From Dudresnaya verticillata (lineage: Eukaryota), in contig OZ374561.1 of NCBI GenBank assembly GCA_977862235.1, positions 1,116,001 through 1,180,000 on the forward strand: DNA of 64,000 nucleotides, in the 5' to 3' direction. Under the pieces are notes generated by a model, which did no database searches, had not been told where the DNA came from, and saw only the letters and a program-made list of their open reading frames with translations. Below, in pieces: positions 35,678 to 48,408 of this stretch (its first letter is position 1; every line of letters begins with the position of its first letter). Both the position numbers and the translations under genes were made by a program.

Positions 35678-38086
35678 ATGCAGGCGCGAAAGATACGCCT
35701 GGGAAACTGGGAGCTGCAGCACCACATCCTGCGCCCTGCCCGTTGCCTGCTGCAGCGCCACTGCACTCTCCTCCTCGAGGCCTCAAGAGTCCGCGACGAT
35801 GTCACCCTGCTCCTCACGGCCGACCACCCGCCGCAGCAGCTCACCCTGCCACGTTCCGTCCTGGCCTCGGTCCCGGGCCCGCTTCGCACCTTGGTCTCGG
35901 GCCCGTTCCGGGAGACGTCGCAGCGCACCATCCCCATCCACGAGTCTATCGCCACCTTTGCTGTCGTCGCAGACTTTCTCAACTGCCAGCCCATCCGCAT
36001 GCACCAACTACCGCCAGAGCTCCCACTCGTCGCCGACCGCTGGGGACTCATTACCCTGTACGACGCCTGGTTTGCACATGCCGAGGAGCGTCGCCATCCC
36101 CACCCGCGCGACGTCCCGGCCGTCTCCGCGGCCGACTTGTTGCGCCACTACTTGCCCGTCATGCGCCTGGTTCCCGCCCCGAAACGCTTCCGAAAGTATC
36201 TGGCTCTGCGCCTTGCTCTGGAGATGACTCTTGTCGACCAGTCTTTTGAACAGGAGGACGAAGCCGCCGAGACCTTCGAGTATGATGCGTGTGCCGTCGC
36301 TCATGAGGAAGGCGTTGCCTGTCGACGTCGCCGCTCGCAACACCCGTCCCTTTCGTGTTGCGACCCGTCCACACTTGTCGAGGCACCCGAGGTCCCACCG
36401 TTGCCGAAACCCGTCGCCCTAGAACCTGGTGCTGCCTCCGAACCGGCACCACCAGACGAACATGTGCCAGAACCCTCACCGTCTAATTCCGTGTACCAGC
36501 AAGCGATGGCTCCTTCTGACCATAACTGCAACGTTTTGGCAAGCAGGGATACTCAAGTGGTGTCAAACGATGTCGGCAAGCGCCCGTTAGACAAAGCAGC
36601 CGGTTCGGGTGCAACTGGGAATCCAGAAGAACTCGGCTCATCATCAACGCGTTGCGCAAATGGACATGCAGCAGCAACAACATCCATACTCACGAGCCCA
36701 ACGGCCCAGTCTGAGTCGCTCCCCCCTGTTGCCGGATCATCCGTTTCTGGGGAGCTGAACAGCAGTTCTCCGTTGGCTGACGGTACCGAACAGGCACAAC
36801 CTGAAGCGGGCACTCCAGCCCCGGACCCTACAAGTACAACTGCTGAAGCCATCGCGTTGTCGGGGTCGAGCGACGATGCTGATGATCTTTGTTATGAAGA
36901 TGACGATGATGACGTTGATGATGAGAACGTATCTGCAGATGATATAGGTGAAGGCTCCCACGCCAATGGGACCATGCACGCCGAGGACTCCAGTAGCAGG
37001 CTACAGGAAGCCAAAGACACTGTCGACGACACCCCAGTTTGTCCGATTGAGGCTCTGATTCGACCATGGCACAAACGTCTGGATATATGGAGGTTGTTTT
37101 ACAAGCAGCGGATGCTAAAACATATCATATACTACGTGTCACGGTTTGCAAAAGAGAACTACACTCCGCTACTCCTCGACGTTGTCTTGTACCAACTCGA
37201 GCCAATCCTAACTGACGAGGAAATACTTGAACTCCTGAGAGAGACCGACTGGGAATGGGAGCTACCGCATCTATCGGTTCTGAAAAGCAAAAGAGCTTTG
37301 AAATGGCCGGGGCGATCATGGCGCCTGCTCACATACTCGCAAGTCGGGTCGGCGCCACTGGGTTCTGATGTGCGAATGTCCTGGGAGTGTCCTGGCATTT
37401 TCGGGGAGATTGGTGCCCGATTGAGAGAGATTGCGTGGCGGCAGGAAAGCGCAGACGAAGACAACGCGTCTGTCTCTTCACATTCAGGCTCCTCCGATGA
37501 GGATGATGAGCAACGGGGAATGCAGTTCGTAAAGCAGTGGACAAGCACAGCCCAGTGCGATGGGCTTACTTTTGGCATGAGAATCAAATGCTCGGACATA
37601 CGACTGGACCATCTGACGCAGCTCCAGCTACGCGTGTGGCTGATTGAAGGAAACACGCCCCTAGACAAACGCGATGGGGAGCGTGTTATTGCGTCAGAGG
37701 TGCGGACGATTGCTGCGGGGTGCGGGTGTGACTTGGGTACTTCCTTAGAGAAAGGTGTATCGTTCCGCGCAAAGCGGGGTAGCGAACGCATGGAGGAGCT
37801 ATGGGATTTTCGCGGAGACGGCGTAGGATATCGCGCGATAGATCCAGCTCGATTGAAGAAGTTGATCGAGACACATACCAGAAAATGTGGGCTAGTGTTT
37901 CATGTGAGGTTGCACGTATTTCCACCTGATGGAGATGACAGTGAGGGGGACGAGCGTTATGAGAATGAGAATAGTGCAGAATGCGTGTGTGGCTTCTGTC
38001 GATGTGATGGTTGCGATGCGGCGGTTAGCTCGTCTGAATCAACGTCTCAATCACAAGGCGGTGACGCAGGTGGTACGGGGACTTGA
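35678..38086 (+). CDS. BTB/POZ-domain protein, 802 aa
   Basis: N-terminal DDVTLLL...RSVLAS.PGPLRTLVSGPFRETSQRTIPI...FAVVADFL...LVADRWGL is typical of BTB. Long acidic low-complexity insert; C-terminal beta-rich region, possibly MATH-like. Confidence 0.88.
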   Translation: MQARKIRLGNWELQHHILRPARCLLQRHCTLLLEASRVRDDVTLLLTADHPPQQLTLPRSVLASVPGPLRTLVSGPFRETSQRTIPIHESIATFAVVADFLNCQPIRMHQLPPELPLVADRWGLITLYDAWFAHAEERRHPHPRDVPAVSAADLLRHYLPVMRLVPAPKRFRKYLALRLALEMTLVDQSFEQEDEAAETFEYDACAVAHEEGVACRRRRSQHPSLSCCDPSTLVEAPEVPPLPKPVALEPGAASEPAPPDEHVPEPSPSNSVYQQAMAPSDHNCNVLASRDTQVVSNDVGKRPLDKAAGSGATGNPEELGSSSTRCANGHAAATTSILTSPTAQSESLPPVAGSSVSGELNSSSPLADGTEQAQPEAGTPAPDPTSTTAEAIALSGSSDDADDLCYEDDDDDVDDENVSADDIGEGSHANGTMHAEDSSSRLQEAKDTVDDTPVCPIEALIRPWHKRLDIWRLFYKQRMLKHIIYYVSRFAKENYTPLLLDVVLYQLEPILTDEEILELLRETDWEWELPHLSVLKSKRALKWPGRSWRLLTYSQVGSAPLGSDVRMSWECPGIFGEIGARLREIAWRQESADEDNASVSSHSGSSDEDDEQRGMQFVKQWTSTAQCDGLTFGMRIKCSDIRLDHLTQLQLRVWLIEGNTPLDKRDGERVIASEVRTIAAGCGCDLGTSLEKGVSFRAKRGSERMEELWDFRGDGVGYRAIDPARLKKLIETHTRKCGLVFHVRLHVFPPDGDDSEGDERYENENSAECVCGFCRCDGCDAAVSSSESTSQSQGGDAGGTGT

Positions 38087-41000
38087 AGCCCAGGTAGCAG
38101 GACGAGTTGTTGAATCCGGGATGGGGACACAAACGTGCTGAAGCTGTAAAGGGAACAGAGCGTTAATGCGTCATTGTGATCAACGCGGGGATGCGCGACG
38201 AGCGATGGTTTCCAACGGCTTCCTTTAGAAATTTCTTGACTTTGACAACCTGTATATCGTGTATAGCTACTTTCTGAAATAGTCCCACAAATATAGCTGC
38301 GGCGCTATAGAATGATAGCTTTTGCAAAGCTTTCACCTGTTGATCATAATGTTTCAAACGCACTGCCCAGCTTATGGGTCTCACTGACACTTCTTGTTAC
38401 ACATCGGAGGATGGCTATCTGTACAGATTTGATATGTCGGATTCTGGTCGTGAAAGAACTTGAGCAATCAGAGGATATGCTACTAGTCATTATTGAATTG
38501 AAAACGTTCAGCCGACTTCAAGGGTCCTCGTTCACACCACTGAGCCACCAATTCCGATTGCGAAACAAGGAATTGGAAACCCGACGCTTATGCATCTCTT
38601 TTCCTGAATTGGAAACTTACAAAGGTGAAGATTTATGAGCTGAATCGGGTTGGTGATCCCGCAAAAAACAATATCATGTTGATCCTCAGAGAAAAATGCG
38701 AGGCGATGAGCTCATCATCAACAGAAGGCCTCTCAATGCATAGCTCAAAATCCATCTCCACCAAAACTCTGAGCTCCAGGTTGTTGTTGTTCATCTTGCA
38801 GTGCCCTTGAGCAGAAGCGTGATCACGTGCCAGTTCATAGGAATCCGATCCATTTTGTAGGAGGGCAAATCTTGCGCTTTTCCATTATCGGATCTCTATC
38901 CGCAAACCACTGCAGTTCCATTCTCACTTGATACGGTACGTTAATTGTAGAGCCTTCCTCTAGTTGATCCTTGCGACGCTTTTCCTTACTTGACACTCCT
39001 TCATAGTTGGCTGGCAAGACCCAGCCTCCTAGATAAACCGGCCGTGGCGCAGTGCCATTCACCCAATAGTACGAAAATCATGCCTAGCTCAATAGTAGCA
39101 GCCTCCCAGCTTGTCATCTCGTCAAAAACCTGGTCTTCACACGGGCAGATCTGTTGAAGCAGTCACGAGGCCCAACATGAGTCGAGACTGGACCCATGGA
39201 CACCTTGCCTGTCTTGTAATGTAGCCTCATCTCCTTGCAAAAGGCCTTCTTGAGGGCAACGAACGCGCTCGATTCCAATATCTTGCCTCCTTAACCGTAG
39301 TGACCAAAATGGCCCCTGTCTTATCAAAATCATTGCTAGTGTCAAACATAGCGGTCTCACTATCCTCCAAAACTTTCCCTACATTTGCAGCACGCCGCGC
39401 TGTGGTTGCAGTTAACACTGCACCTTGCAGTTTGACGTTTGTAATCTCTTCTGTCGCCGCATTCGCATCAATAAGGCTGCCTTTTCCAGTGACTTCGAAA
39501 ACGAAATTCAAGTTGTCCTCTGTCTGCTTCGTTGGGGGCTCATTTGCATCCAACTCTGCTGACCAATTCAAAAATGATGCCTTTATATTTGTATGATAGA
39601 CGCCTTCTTAATTGAATTGTCTGACGCAACTGGAGATCGGCTTCGTTGTTGTGGACAAGAGCAGACTGCTTGAGTCAGACTCAGCATTGTAAACTAACCC
39701 AAAGGGCGAGCTCAAATATATTGAATAAGAAAAACGAAGAAGCCGAGAGGTGTTGCCTGCTTTGCTTTTCGTGGACAAGACAGAAGGTTTTGATCTTTTT
39801 GTATCCTAACAAGGCAAGACACAACTTAAAAAGTGGCGCCCGGCGTTTTGGTTCTATTTTTGTCGACTGAACAAGCTCTAGTGTGTCTTGTTTAAAGGGC
39901 TTCCTTGTAATAGACAGTCACTCAAGTCATTGCTGCTCATCCAGAAAATCAACGCTTATTTTCACATAGTCCTGTTTAGCAAAGATGTACGCCAGCAGCA
40001 CTTACGTTGTACATTGCAACGTCCCTGCTATTTCAAGATAGTCCCGTCGGAATGGTTAAGGGGCACAGAACTTTGCGACGCTATGGAAGGTCATGAACAG
40101 TTTCAGAAAATAGGCAGTCGAAAAAGAGAGAGCTAATAGTCATCGACAATGGGTAGTACAGTTCTGATTACAGGCTTCTCATCGCAGTATCTATTCATTG
40201 TTACCATTGTTTTAGGACCCCGTTTTATAACGGAATAGTGCTGCCATGGTCTGCTGTATCGTTCGTGACATCTATATACTTCTTCAGAAGCTAGCTTCAA
40301 GAGCTGTCTTTTCCTACAAGTCCAATATAATAATTGCCATTACGCTGATATCAGTGACCTTTAATGCCTCAGGCGGAGCAATGTTCTGATAGAACGTAGC
40401 TTTGGATGCAATACACGTATGCATATCTCTTGCTGCTTACACACTATGCAAAATCAGAATCTCTTCTCGCAAACCCCTCAGTGTTAGTGTGCATCAAACA
40501 CATTCAAGATGGATAATGTGTGTTTTCTGTCCCATTCTTCACAAAGGTCGAATGTGAAGTACAGCGGCTAACATATAGAACAAAAAGAAATTATTTAGGC
40601 TAGACAGTGTGATATAAAAACGGTAATGCCAAACGCAGTTACGAGAAGAACTCTTGTGACTGCTATTGCTATGCTGTTGTCTTCATCGGAAAGAGGTCTC
40701 CACAGTACTCAACAGTTTCTGTAGCTGCGGTTTGGCACCCTATTAAATGATTTAATCCCATGATTCTTGTATAGTAAATCTAACTTTATATCGTTTTATG
40801 TATCACGCTCGTAACTAAGCTTCGCGGTATGTTCACTAATATACTAGTACAAAGAATATAATGCACTATCAGTAAATTGAAACGAGACGCCGAATATCTC
40901 CAACTTGGTGACTCTCCCACCTGATAAACGGTAGAGTACTTCACTTTGGGTGAAAATGTTTTGAGTGAGTATCAAATGAAACATGGCGTACCTTTGCTGT

Positions 41001-41549
41001 TTTGATAGCAAAGGCTTCGTTGGATATTTGTTATTAATCTGCCAAATAAATGCCACATTCAAGTAAGAAAAGAGAGCAGGGATGCTCATTCGCTCAGCGA
41101 TCAGTGGATAGCTCAGGATACTGCGATATTGATGTCTGTCATATGTTTTTAATCCTGAACGTGCGCGGTTGTGCGGGAGACTTAAGGCCCATAGCTCCTC
41201 ATGGGGCTGTTTAACTAGAAATGAGTACTGCGATAGTGCTCTTTTCTAGCAGCATAGGTAGCGACAAGTTAATTAACAGGGTGAACAACATCAGGCCATG
41301 ACTCCAAGGGATAAAGTCTTGGAATTCTTCGCTCAGCAAAGGAACTGCGCTGGTGTAATGGCGATATGTCCTTAGGAAGTTTGGCCTCTATTTAAAAGCG
41401 GTTCGAAGAGGCGTTTATTACGTCTCCTGTAGTACACACAGGCGTTGATCACGATAATGAGCAATTTCCATTAAAGCATATCCAGAATGATAATGATCAT
41501 CCTTGCGCAGACTGATTTCGACTCTACATTAATATTTTGTTGTGCCGGG

Positions 41550-42480
41550 CTTTCCGTTTGAGTCAGCAAGTACGCCAAACAAGTGCGTCATGAGACTCTC
41601 CAATGACACTTTGAATTTCTCCCACCCAGCGCATCAAACACTCCAAGAAGTCTTTGCCAAGTTGTCACCCAAACTTCAGGCCTTTCACCCTCAGCTTCTA
41701 TAAACTGAACACATTTAGTTTTATTCTGAGATTGTGGTAATGCATATATTCACCAGGTTGAACAGCTCAGGCCGATTTGATAGTTTCAATACCATTTTTG
41801 TGTTTCTCGAAAAAGCAATGGGTGGATTCAAGATTGTGGATACGGAATGAATGGCACAGAAAACGCCATCTGTTGCATGTGACCACAGCATCTCATTCGT
41901 TATCCTTCACAGTATTCTCACTTTTTGGAAGGCAATAGAGCTTTTCCGTGACCCAAAAGATTCCTCTTCCTTTACAATGGTATACTTTATTCAATATCTA
42001 AGGTAAGCTTTCGCGAGCAACACATGAATATTTACAGTCGTACCAGTACAGAGTGCCAGAAGAGGAAGACTCAGGGGTACGAGGCTAAGAAGAGCCAGTA
42101 GTGGATGGGGAGATGGCTTTGTCAAACCTTCAGTGTCCATTAAGGCTTTCTTTTTCGTACACTTCTCTATCACCATCATTCATGCGTTGAACTACACTTT
42201 CTCGTCCTACGAGGAACAATAAACTTGCAGAAAGGATATGTCGATACGGAGTTAGCCGTTGAGTCGGCGTAGTTTTCTAAATTTCAAGCCCTCCTTGATA
42301 ATTCTAAACATCTAAATTCTTTGTCACTCTGCGACACAAGCGTCTCTGTTATCTTTGCCACTGAAAACATTCCTGCATATCTCGGTTAATGTAGCACTTC
42401 TTTTCAAATATATTCCAAACCCGTTCGTTGTATGGAAACGGCTTGTCCTTTCATGTATCATGGCTAGAAAAGGAGAAACT
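41550..42480 (+). pseudogene. Highly decayed Ty3/Gypsy integrase relic
   Basis: Colinear fragments SEIVVMHIFTRL...FNTIFVFLEK (cf. WExVSMDFITGL...IxVxVD), FRDPK (cf. SDRDxxF) and FHVSWLEK (cf. FHVSxLK), with many stops and frameshifts. Confidence 0.4.
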
Positions 42481-44217
42481 AAAGGAGGTTGTGACCCTTG
42501 ATTATGCAATTATGCAATTATGCAAGCAAGACACCTGTATTGCAATCTATGGATCGACCATGATAAGGGTCCTAATCTCCAGGACGCCTAGCAGCGGAAG
42601 ATAGAAGTTGCGGCGATTCTTGCTTTCGCGACACATGGAAGAAATAGTGCTGTGACAGGAGTTAATAGAGCAAAATCCTCAGTGAGGGTTTGGACCGGGT
42701 GTGACAAGGGGGTTCTCTTTCTTGCCAGTATTATAATCAGCGATACGCTGAATACCGGTGGGAAAACCGACGACAATACAGCCGTATAGTGCATGGGAAG
42801 TTCTAAAAGATTTACCTTTACCTGCCCGAAGGTAAATCGATCACTCCCAAGCCGGGCACTTTTAATAAACGTAGGCAAAAGGATACTCGTTCCGAAATTT
42901 TCTAAACTATTCAACATCACGAAAAATGCAGGGAGCAGATCTGCAAGGGAAATGATTACATGCTCTCGGCGAAGCTCTGGTGCTTTTTCGTTCCCTTTCC
43001 ATGGAATGATGAAAGAGTCCAGCAATGTGGAGCCATTTCGATATACTCGCTTAGCCAAATATTTTAACACTCTCCGTTGGTAGAGAACTGGAACCCCTTC
43101 CAACGTTTCCTGAGTAAAGCTCGCATCGCGGTAAGGACCTTCTACTGTTTCCTATTTATTTCTGATAACTTCGGCGTGAGCCCTAAAACATTGTCGTAAT
43201 ATTGCCATATCAACAACACCCCGTGATTAACACATAATATTAACTGCAGCTGTACATTCAACCTGACTGCTCTCAAGCCACGCGATGACTCGTTGTTTTG
43301 TGTTATCGACTTTATCGCTCACGATAACCAACATAATGTAGACGAAAGTGGTCCATGTCGCATATGAAATGAGCACTAAAATGCAATTAAAGGCGAATTT
43401 TCAACATGATGTTGTGTCGAACGAAGTTAGGTCGGCGTTTAGAAATGTGTTTCACATGCCGCGCGGTGGGGAGTGGGAGAAGAAGCGCACTATGTATTTT
43501 AAGAGCTTCAGTCCTTGCATGCAGAATTCCGGGGAGGGTGGGAGGAAGAGGGGCTGAATAGTTGCGCATTGCTTGGTCAAACGAGCTGCGAGAAGTGTTG
43601 CAAATTTTTTGCAATGTCTCGCAACGTCCAACCATAGTTTAACAATAAGCTTTCGCTAAAATTGCGTGACCTCGAGCTGCTTAAGTTTCCTAATGATTTT
43701 TCTCTGAGACGTATCTTAACTTCTTCTTCGTTCCTCGACATACAATCCTATAGCGAAAAACAGGCTTTGTTGCAAGTCTCTTCAGCCTTCTAAGCACGGT
43801 TTTGGCAGAAAGCATGTCCCATGATGTAACGCCACTGTAGGGTCCATTTCTGGCCTTAACGGGAGCACTCTATGACGTCTCCAGTATCTTTCAGTTGGTT
43901 TGCAAACTTGTAACCCCTTTTTCGGGCCCTTACAAAGCTCTTCTAATGAGGAATTGTATCGGCTAAAACAGAACAGATGATGCGCGTTTCTCAGATAACA
44001 TTTTCCGTTACAATAATGTTTTTAGTTTTAATACCTTCATCCGAAACGGCGAGTGGTGGGCGTGCCTATCTTTTGCTTTCAAAGCATTATTTTGAACTTC
44101 AAGAGGCAGGAGTTGCGGTCTTGTCTACCTCGCTCTCTTTTGTTTCTGAACTTGTTTGGGATACTTGCGCACCAGCGTGCTCTCAGTTTTGAAAACCGTC
44201 GCTTTGAAAGGGGTGAT

Positions 44218-45373
44218 ATGAAATTATTATTGTTCCTCTTCTCCGTGCATGTTGGATTACTTGCTCATGTATCCGCTCACTCAACCATGACTCAGCCTGA
44301 GTCCACCTCTCCTTTTGTAAGTTTTCAAACTGGTCTCGTACGGAACCGAAACCCCCTAACCAACTAACAAGATTCCCATAACAGTATTGCTCCTTCGATG
44401 AAGAAGAGGGCTTCTGCAAAGGCCCATGCGACATTCGAGCCATCGAGGACGAAGAACTTGAACTTCCGTTTGAAAGCCCGGAAAACCCTGCGGCCACTTA
44501 CAAAAGAGGTCAGAAGTTCAGGGTAAAGTATAATCGCAATAACCACCGTGCCGGCGGATTCGTGCGTCTCGCGCTTGTACGTCCGGAAGAAATGATGGAC
44601 AAGGGCGCGCATGACAGAGGTGCCTTTCACTACAGCTGCTGGGGTGCCAAGGTTCAAGTTGCAACTGAAGAGGAAATTTTGGAGGGAGAAGAGAATGAGG
44701 ATGGCATAGGTCCGACGTAGGTGTTGAAAGCTATCTTGGCGATGTTTTACTTTCTGCCCTCTTTTTGTTCCTGGCTGACTAAGTGACTGACTTTTCCCGA
44801 TTGGTTTTCTTACTTTTATTCGCAATAGTGGGAACGATGGTCTCGAACATGACCTTCCTCAGGCGTACTACTACGTCGACGTTCGAATGCCCAGAGTGGT
44901 TCCAGATGGTGTAAGTTGCGGGCATAGGAAGACCTTCGAGCTTCATTTCCTTTTCTCGTTCGCATAATCTGCGAAACTTACGCATTTATTTCTTATGTCC
45001 TCCAACAATTATGTTTGCAACTCGGGGTATATATAAGGTGTACGTGCTGGGTCAGGTCTGGTACGGTGGATCAATCGGTCCAGTAACAGCGAACGAGCCT
45101 CAGAAGCCTTTCAAGTTTGGGATGGAGTCCGACTTCTGGGCGTGCTCCTATATTCGTGTCAAGGGAGGAAAGTCTTTGAAGCAGTCGTATAGACCACGTT
45201 TCAGGAACGATATGAAACAGTTTTCCAAAAAGGGATGCAGGTCTATTAACAACAGGCCAGGTGTTTGTCCGAGCGTCCCTTGCGATGACAACGTTGCATT
45301 CTATCGGGTCCCAGCCCCGTTTGTTGGAGGTAAGAAGCCTAAAAGGCTTCAACAGTCGCAGTTCCGCGAATGA
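44218..45373 (+). CDS. Secreted LPMO-like (histidine-brace) protein, 282 aa; exons 44218-44316, 44385-44716, 44829-44910, 45038-45373
   Basis: Introns GTAAGT..CTAAC..CAG (68 nt), GTAGGT..CTGAC..TAG (112 nt) and GTAAGT..AAG (127 nt) give one 849-nt frame. The signal peptide ends VSA, leaving mature HSTMTQP; later motifs are RGQKFRVKYNRNNHRAGGF, PDGVYVLGQVW and DFWACSYIRV. Confidence 0.82.
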
Positions 45374-45989
45374 TGTTTCGAAACATCACAGTACACTTCC
45401 GATAAACGAACGTTGGAAATAGCCAACATGTGAAACTACAGAGGCGGCATACGCACCAATAGGAGAATCAACAGGGAACGGCTCACATTGCGCTCCACCT
45501 CGTTATGATAGCAAATTCTCGCTCGAGTCGTCGGCCTAAATGAGCCTGAAACGACACCTCCCTGTGGTGAAGTGAGCCGTGGCGCGCATCCCGCGTGCCG
45601 ACGGCGATCCAACCGTAACAGATGATATGGCAACGCGCCACGCCGATGATTTGGCAACGTGTAGCTGTGTGGTGTTGTGCGCATTACTGTGCGCAGGTAC
45701 GCTTTGCTGTACTGTAAGTGGACCGCACCAACCGTAGCGGAGTATTTATAGTATTTATTCTTTATTTTTAGTGAGTCTGTGTACGGTGTGTAGAGTAGCG
45801 CGCCAGCCAATGAGAATGCTGCGCATGACCCTTGTTGGAGATTGGGACCAGCAGGGCCGATTCCATCACGGGTCCAGACCACTAGGGTCTGGCCCACACG
45901 GACCGGAGCGCTCGGTGCCACACTGACTTGTATATCAGGGCGGCACCGCAGCAGCTCCTAAGGTAAATGTTACAAACAGTAACAAGTCG

Positions 45990-46212
45990 CACCGCCTTCG
46001 GCGGGGGCGGCGCTGCGCGCCGCTAGACCGCTCCTTCGGCGCGGGACGGCACTGAGTGCTGGTATGATAGTCCCCGCGCCGAAGGCACACGCGGGGTGTA
46101 ACGGCGGTCGCGCGCGCACAAAAGTAAAGGACCCAATTAAGAAATCAGGCGCACAGCAAAGGTGTCGGCTGTAAGGAGCACCATCCCGCCAATCAATAGT
46201 GAGCTTTGCTGC

Positions 46213-46268
<56 letters not shown>

Positions 46269-46930
46269 CTTTCATTGGCGCTGCGGCCGTATATTTTGGA
46301 TATAATTTCGGATGCGTAGAAACTATTGTGGCGCCAAGTGGATTTGTTGGCGCATCGATATAGCATTTTGTTTATTTTTCGAGACTTGGCCGGGCTAAAA
46401 CTACCCTTTGGGCGGTCATACCCCTACAAATTCTTACTATAAGGTAAACAAGGGCAACGACGCGGCGCTGCGCGCCGCTATGCGCCGTGCAGCCGCGCCG
46501 AAGGCGCGACCGAGTTTTGTAACCTCTGTGGCAGGATGGGATACTGTGGGATACCGGGATAGGTTGGGGTCGCTTGATAACGACAGGTGTCTTACAATTT
46601 CTTTGTGATGATATTTGTTTCCAAGCCGTGAGACCGGTGCGGTTTTAATCACATAAATTAAGAATGGAGGCGCACGGCGGGACTGTAAGATCGGGTCACT
46701 GTAGCGCGGCGGCGCGTCTGTCAACTTACTGTCAGAAAATCGGAGCGCACCAATGGGCACGCGTTGCGGCAAAATGCAGCCAATCGGGTGGCGCGGCTTG
46801 GCGGTCAGCCAATGGGGTTGCAGCTTTGCTGCTGCTGCTGCTGCTGCTGCTGCTGATGCTGCTGCTGCTGCTGCTGATGCTGCTGCTGCTGCTGCTGATG
46901 CTGCTGCTGCTGATGCTGCTGATGCTGCTG

Positions 46931-46963
<33 letters not shown>

Positions 46964-47596
46964 AATTTTTCTATTGGGCGGAAAAGGGTGAACTGGTAAT
47001 ATTTTTAGGCGTGCGTAGAATATAGGTTTGCAGGCAAGGGATGGTAATGGCGGGCGGATGTCTATTTTTACAAATGTTTTACGTGTACGAAGCCCTTGAA
47101 GGGCCTCATACACTGACTAATCATTACTATGGGGAGAACAAGGGCAACGACGTGGCGCTGCGCGCCGCTATGCGCCGTGCAGCCGCGCCGAAGGCGCGAC
47201 CGAGTTTTGTAACCTCTGTGGCAGGATGGGATACTGTGGGATACCGGGGTAGGTTGGGGTCGCTTGATAACGACAGGTGTCTTACAATTTCTTTGTGATG
47301 ATATTTGTTTCCAAGCCGTGAGACCGGTGCGGTTTTAATCACATAAATTAAGAATGGAGGCGCACGGCGGGACTGTAAGATCGGGTCACTGTAGCGCGGC
47401 GGCGCGTCTGTCAACTTACTGTCAGAAAATCGGAGCGCACCAATGGGCACGCGTTGCGGCAAAATGCAGCCAATCGGGTGGCGCGGCTTGGCGGTCAGCC
47501 AATGGGGTTGCAGCTTTGCTGCTGCTGCTGCTGCTGCTGCTGATGCTGCTGCTGCTGCTGCTGATGCTGCTGCTGCTGATGCTGCTGATGCTGCTG

Positions 47597-47629
<33 letters not shown>

Positions 47630-47802
47630 AATTTTTCTATTGGGCGGAAAAGGGTGAACTGGTAATATTTTTAGGCGTGCGTAGAATATAGGTTTGCAGG
47701 CAAGGGATGGTAATGGCGGGCGGATGTTTATTTTTACAAATGTTTTACGTGTACGAAGCCCTCGAGGGGCCTCGTGCACTGACTAATCATTACTATGGGG
47801 AG
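45990..47802. repeat. Tandem array of ~0.67-0.69 kb units, each with a (GCT/GAT)n microsatellite
   Basis: Units 46447-47136 (690 bp) and 47137-47802 (666 bp) differ mainly by 8 triplets; a shorter diverged unit lies at ~45990-46446 with (GCT)n at ~46207-46267. Confidence 0.9.
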
Positions 47803-48408
47803 AACAAAACTGCACAGTGGCAAAATTACAAAGCGCCATAATAGCGGTTGACCTCAGCATTTTTAATGAATTTTCAATCTACAAACGTGTTAGTCTTTAT
47901 TGTAGTCTTTTACTTAGTCTATAGACTAAGTGCTAGTTTTAGTAAGTTCCATCGGGCTTTCTCTAACTACTAGAATTCTATAAAGGAGGTCTGCTCTCGA
48001 CTCTCGTAGAGAAAGGGAGGCAGGCCGCAAAAGTCTGAAGCAAAAACTTCTGAGTCGGCGCGTCCAAGCAGAGTGTGAAAAGAACCGCGTGCTTTCATCA
48101 ACGACCCAAAAAACCCAGCAGTAAGTTTATTCATTACAGTGCTATCTGAGCCGCGACAAATTGGTAGCATCGCCTACTCGATCGCTAAGGTTTTTTGCGC
48201 GGTGAGCGCCAGTCCGCCCAGCATTGAGCCAAATATAGCTGAGAAGCCTTTGAAAACAGCAGCACCAAATACGTCAAATACCGAGAAAACAATTGAAAAA
48301 GCAGAAAGTGAAAAACCAGGAAAAGAGAAGCTAACAAACGTGGAAAATAAGGACAAATTTTAGGCAAAATTACCGAGTGCTTTAACGGGACCGACATTCA
48401 ATATTACC

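Noticed and set aside
38600..39600. Minus-strand protein-like fragments
   Set aside because: Multiple stops and frameshifts and no identifiable motif.
45430..45922. Possible solo LTR ending GCCACA
   Set aside because: No matching start or TSD could be defined.
46664..47779. Poly-Q, poly-A and poly-L ORFs
   Set aside because: Products of (GCT)n microsatellites in tandem units; no other coding signal.
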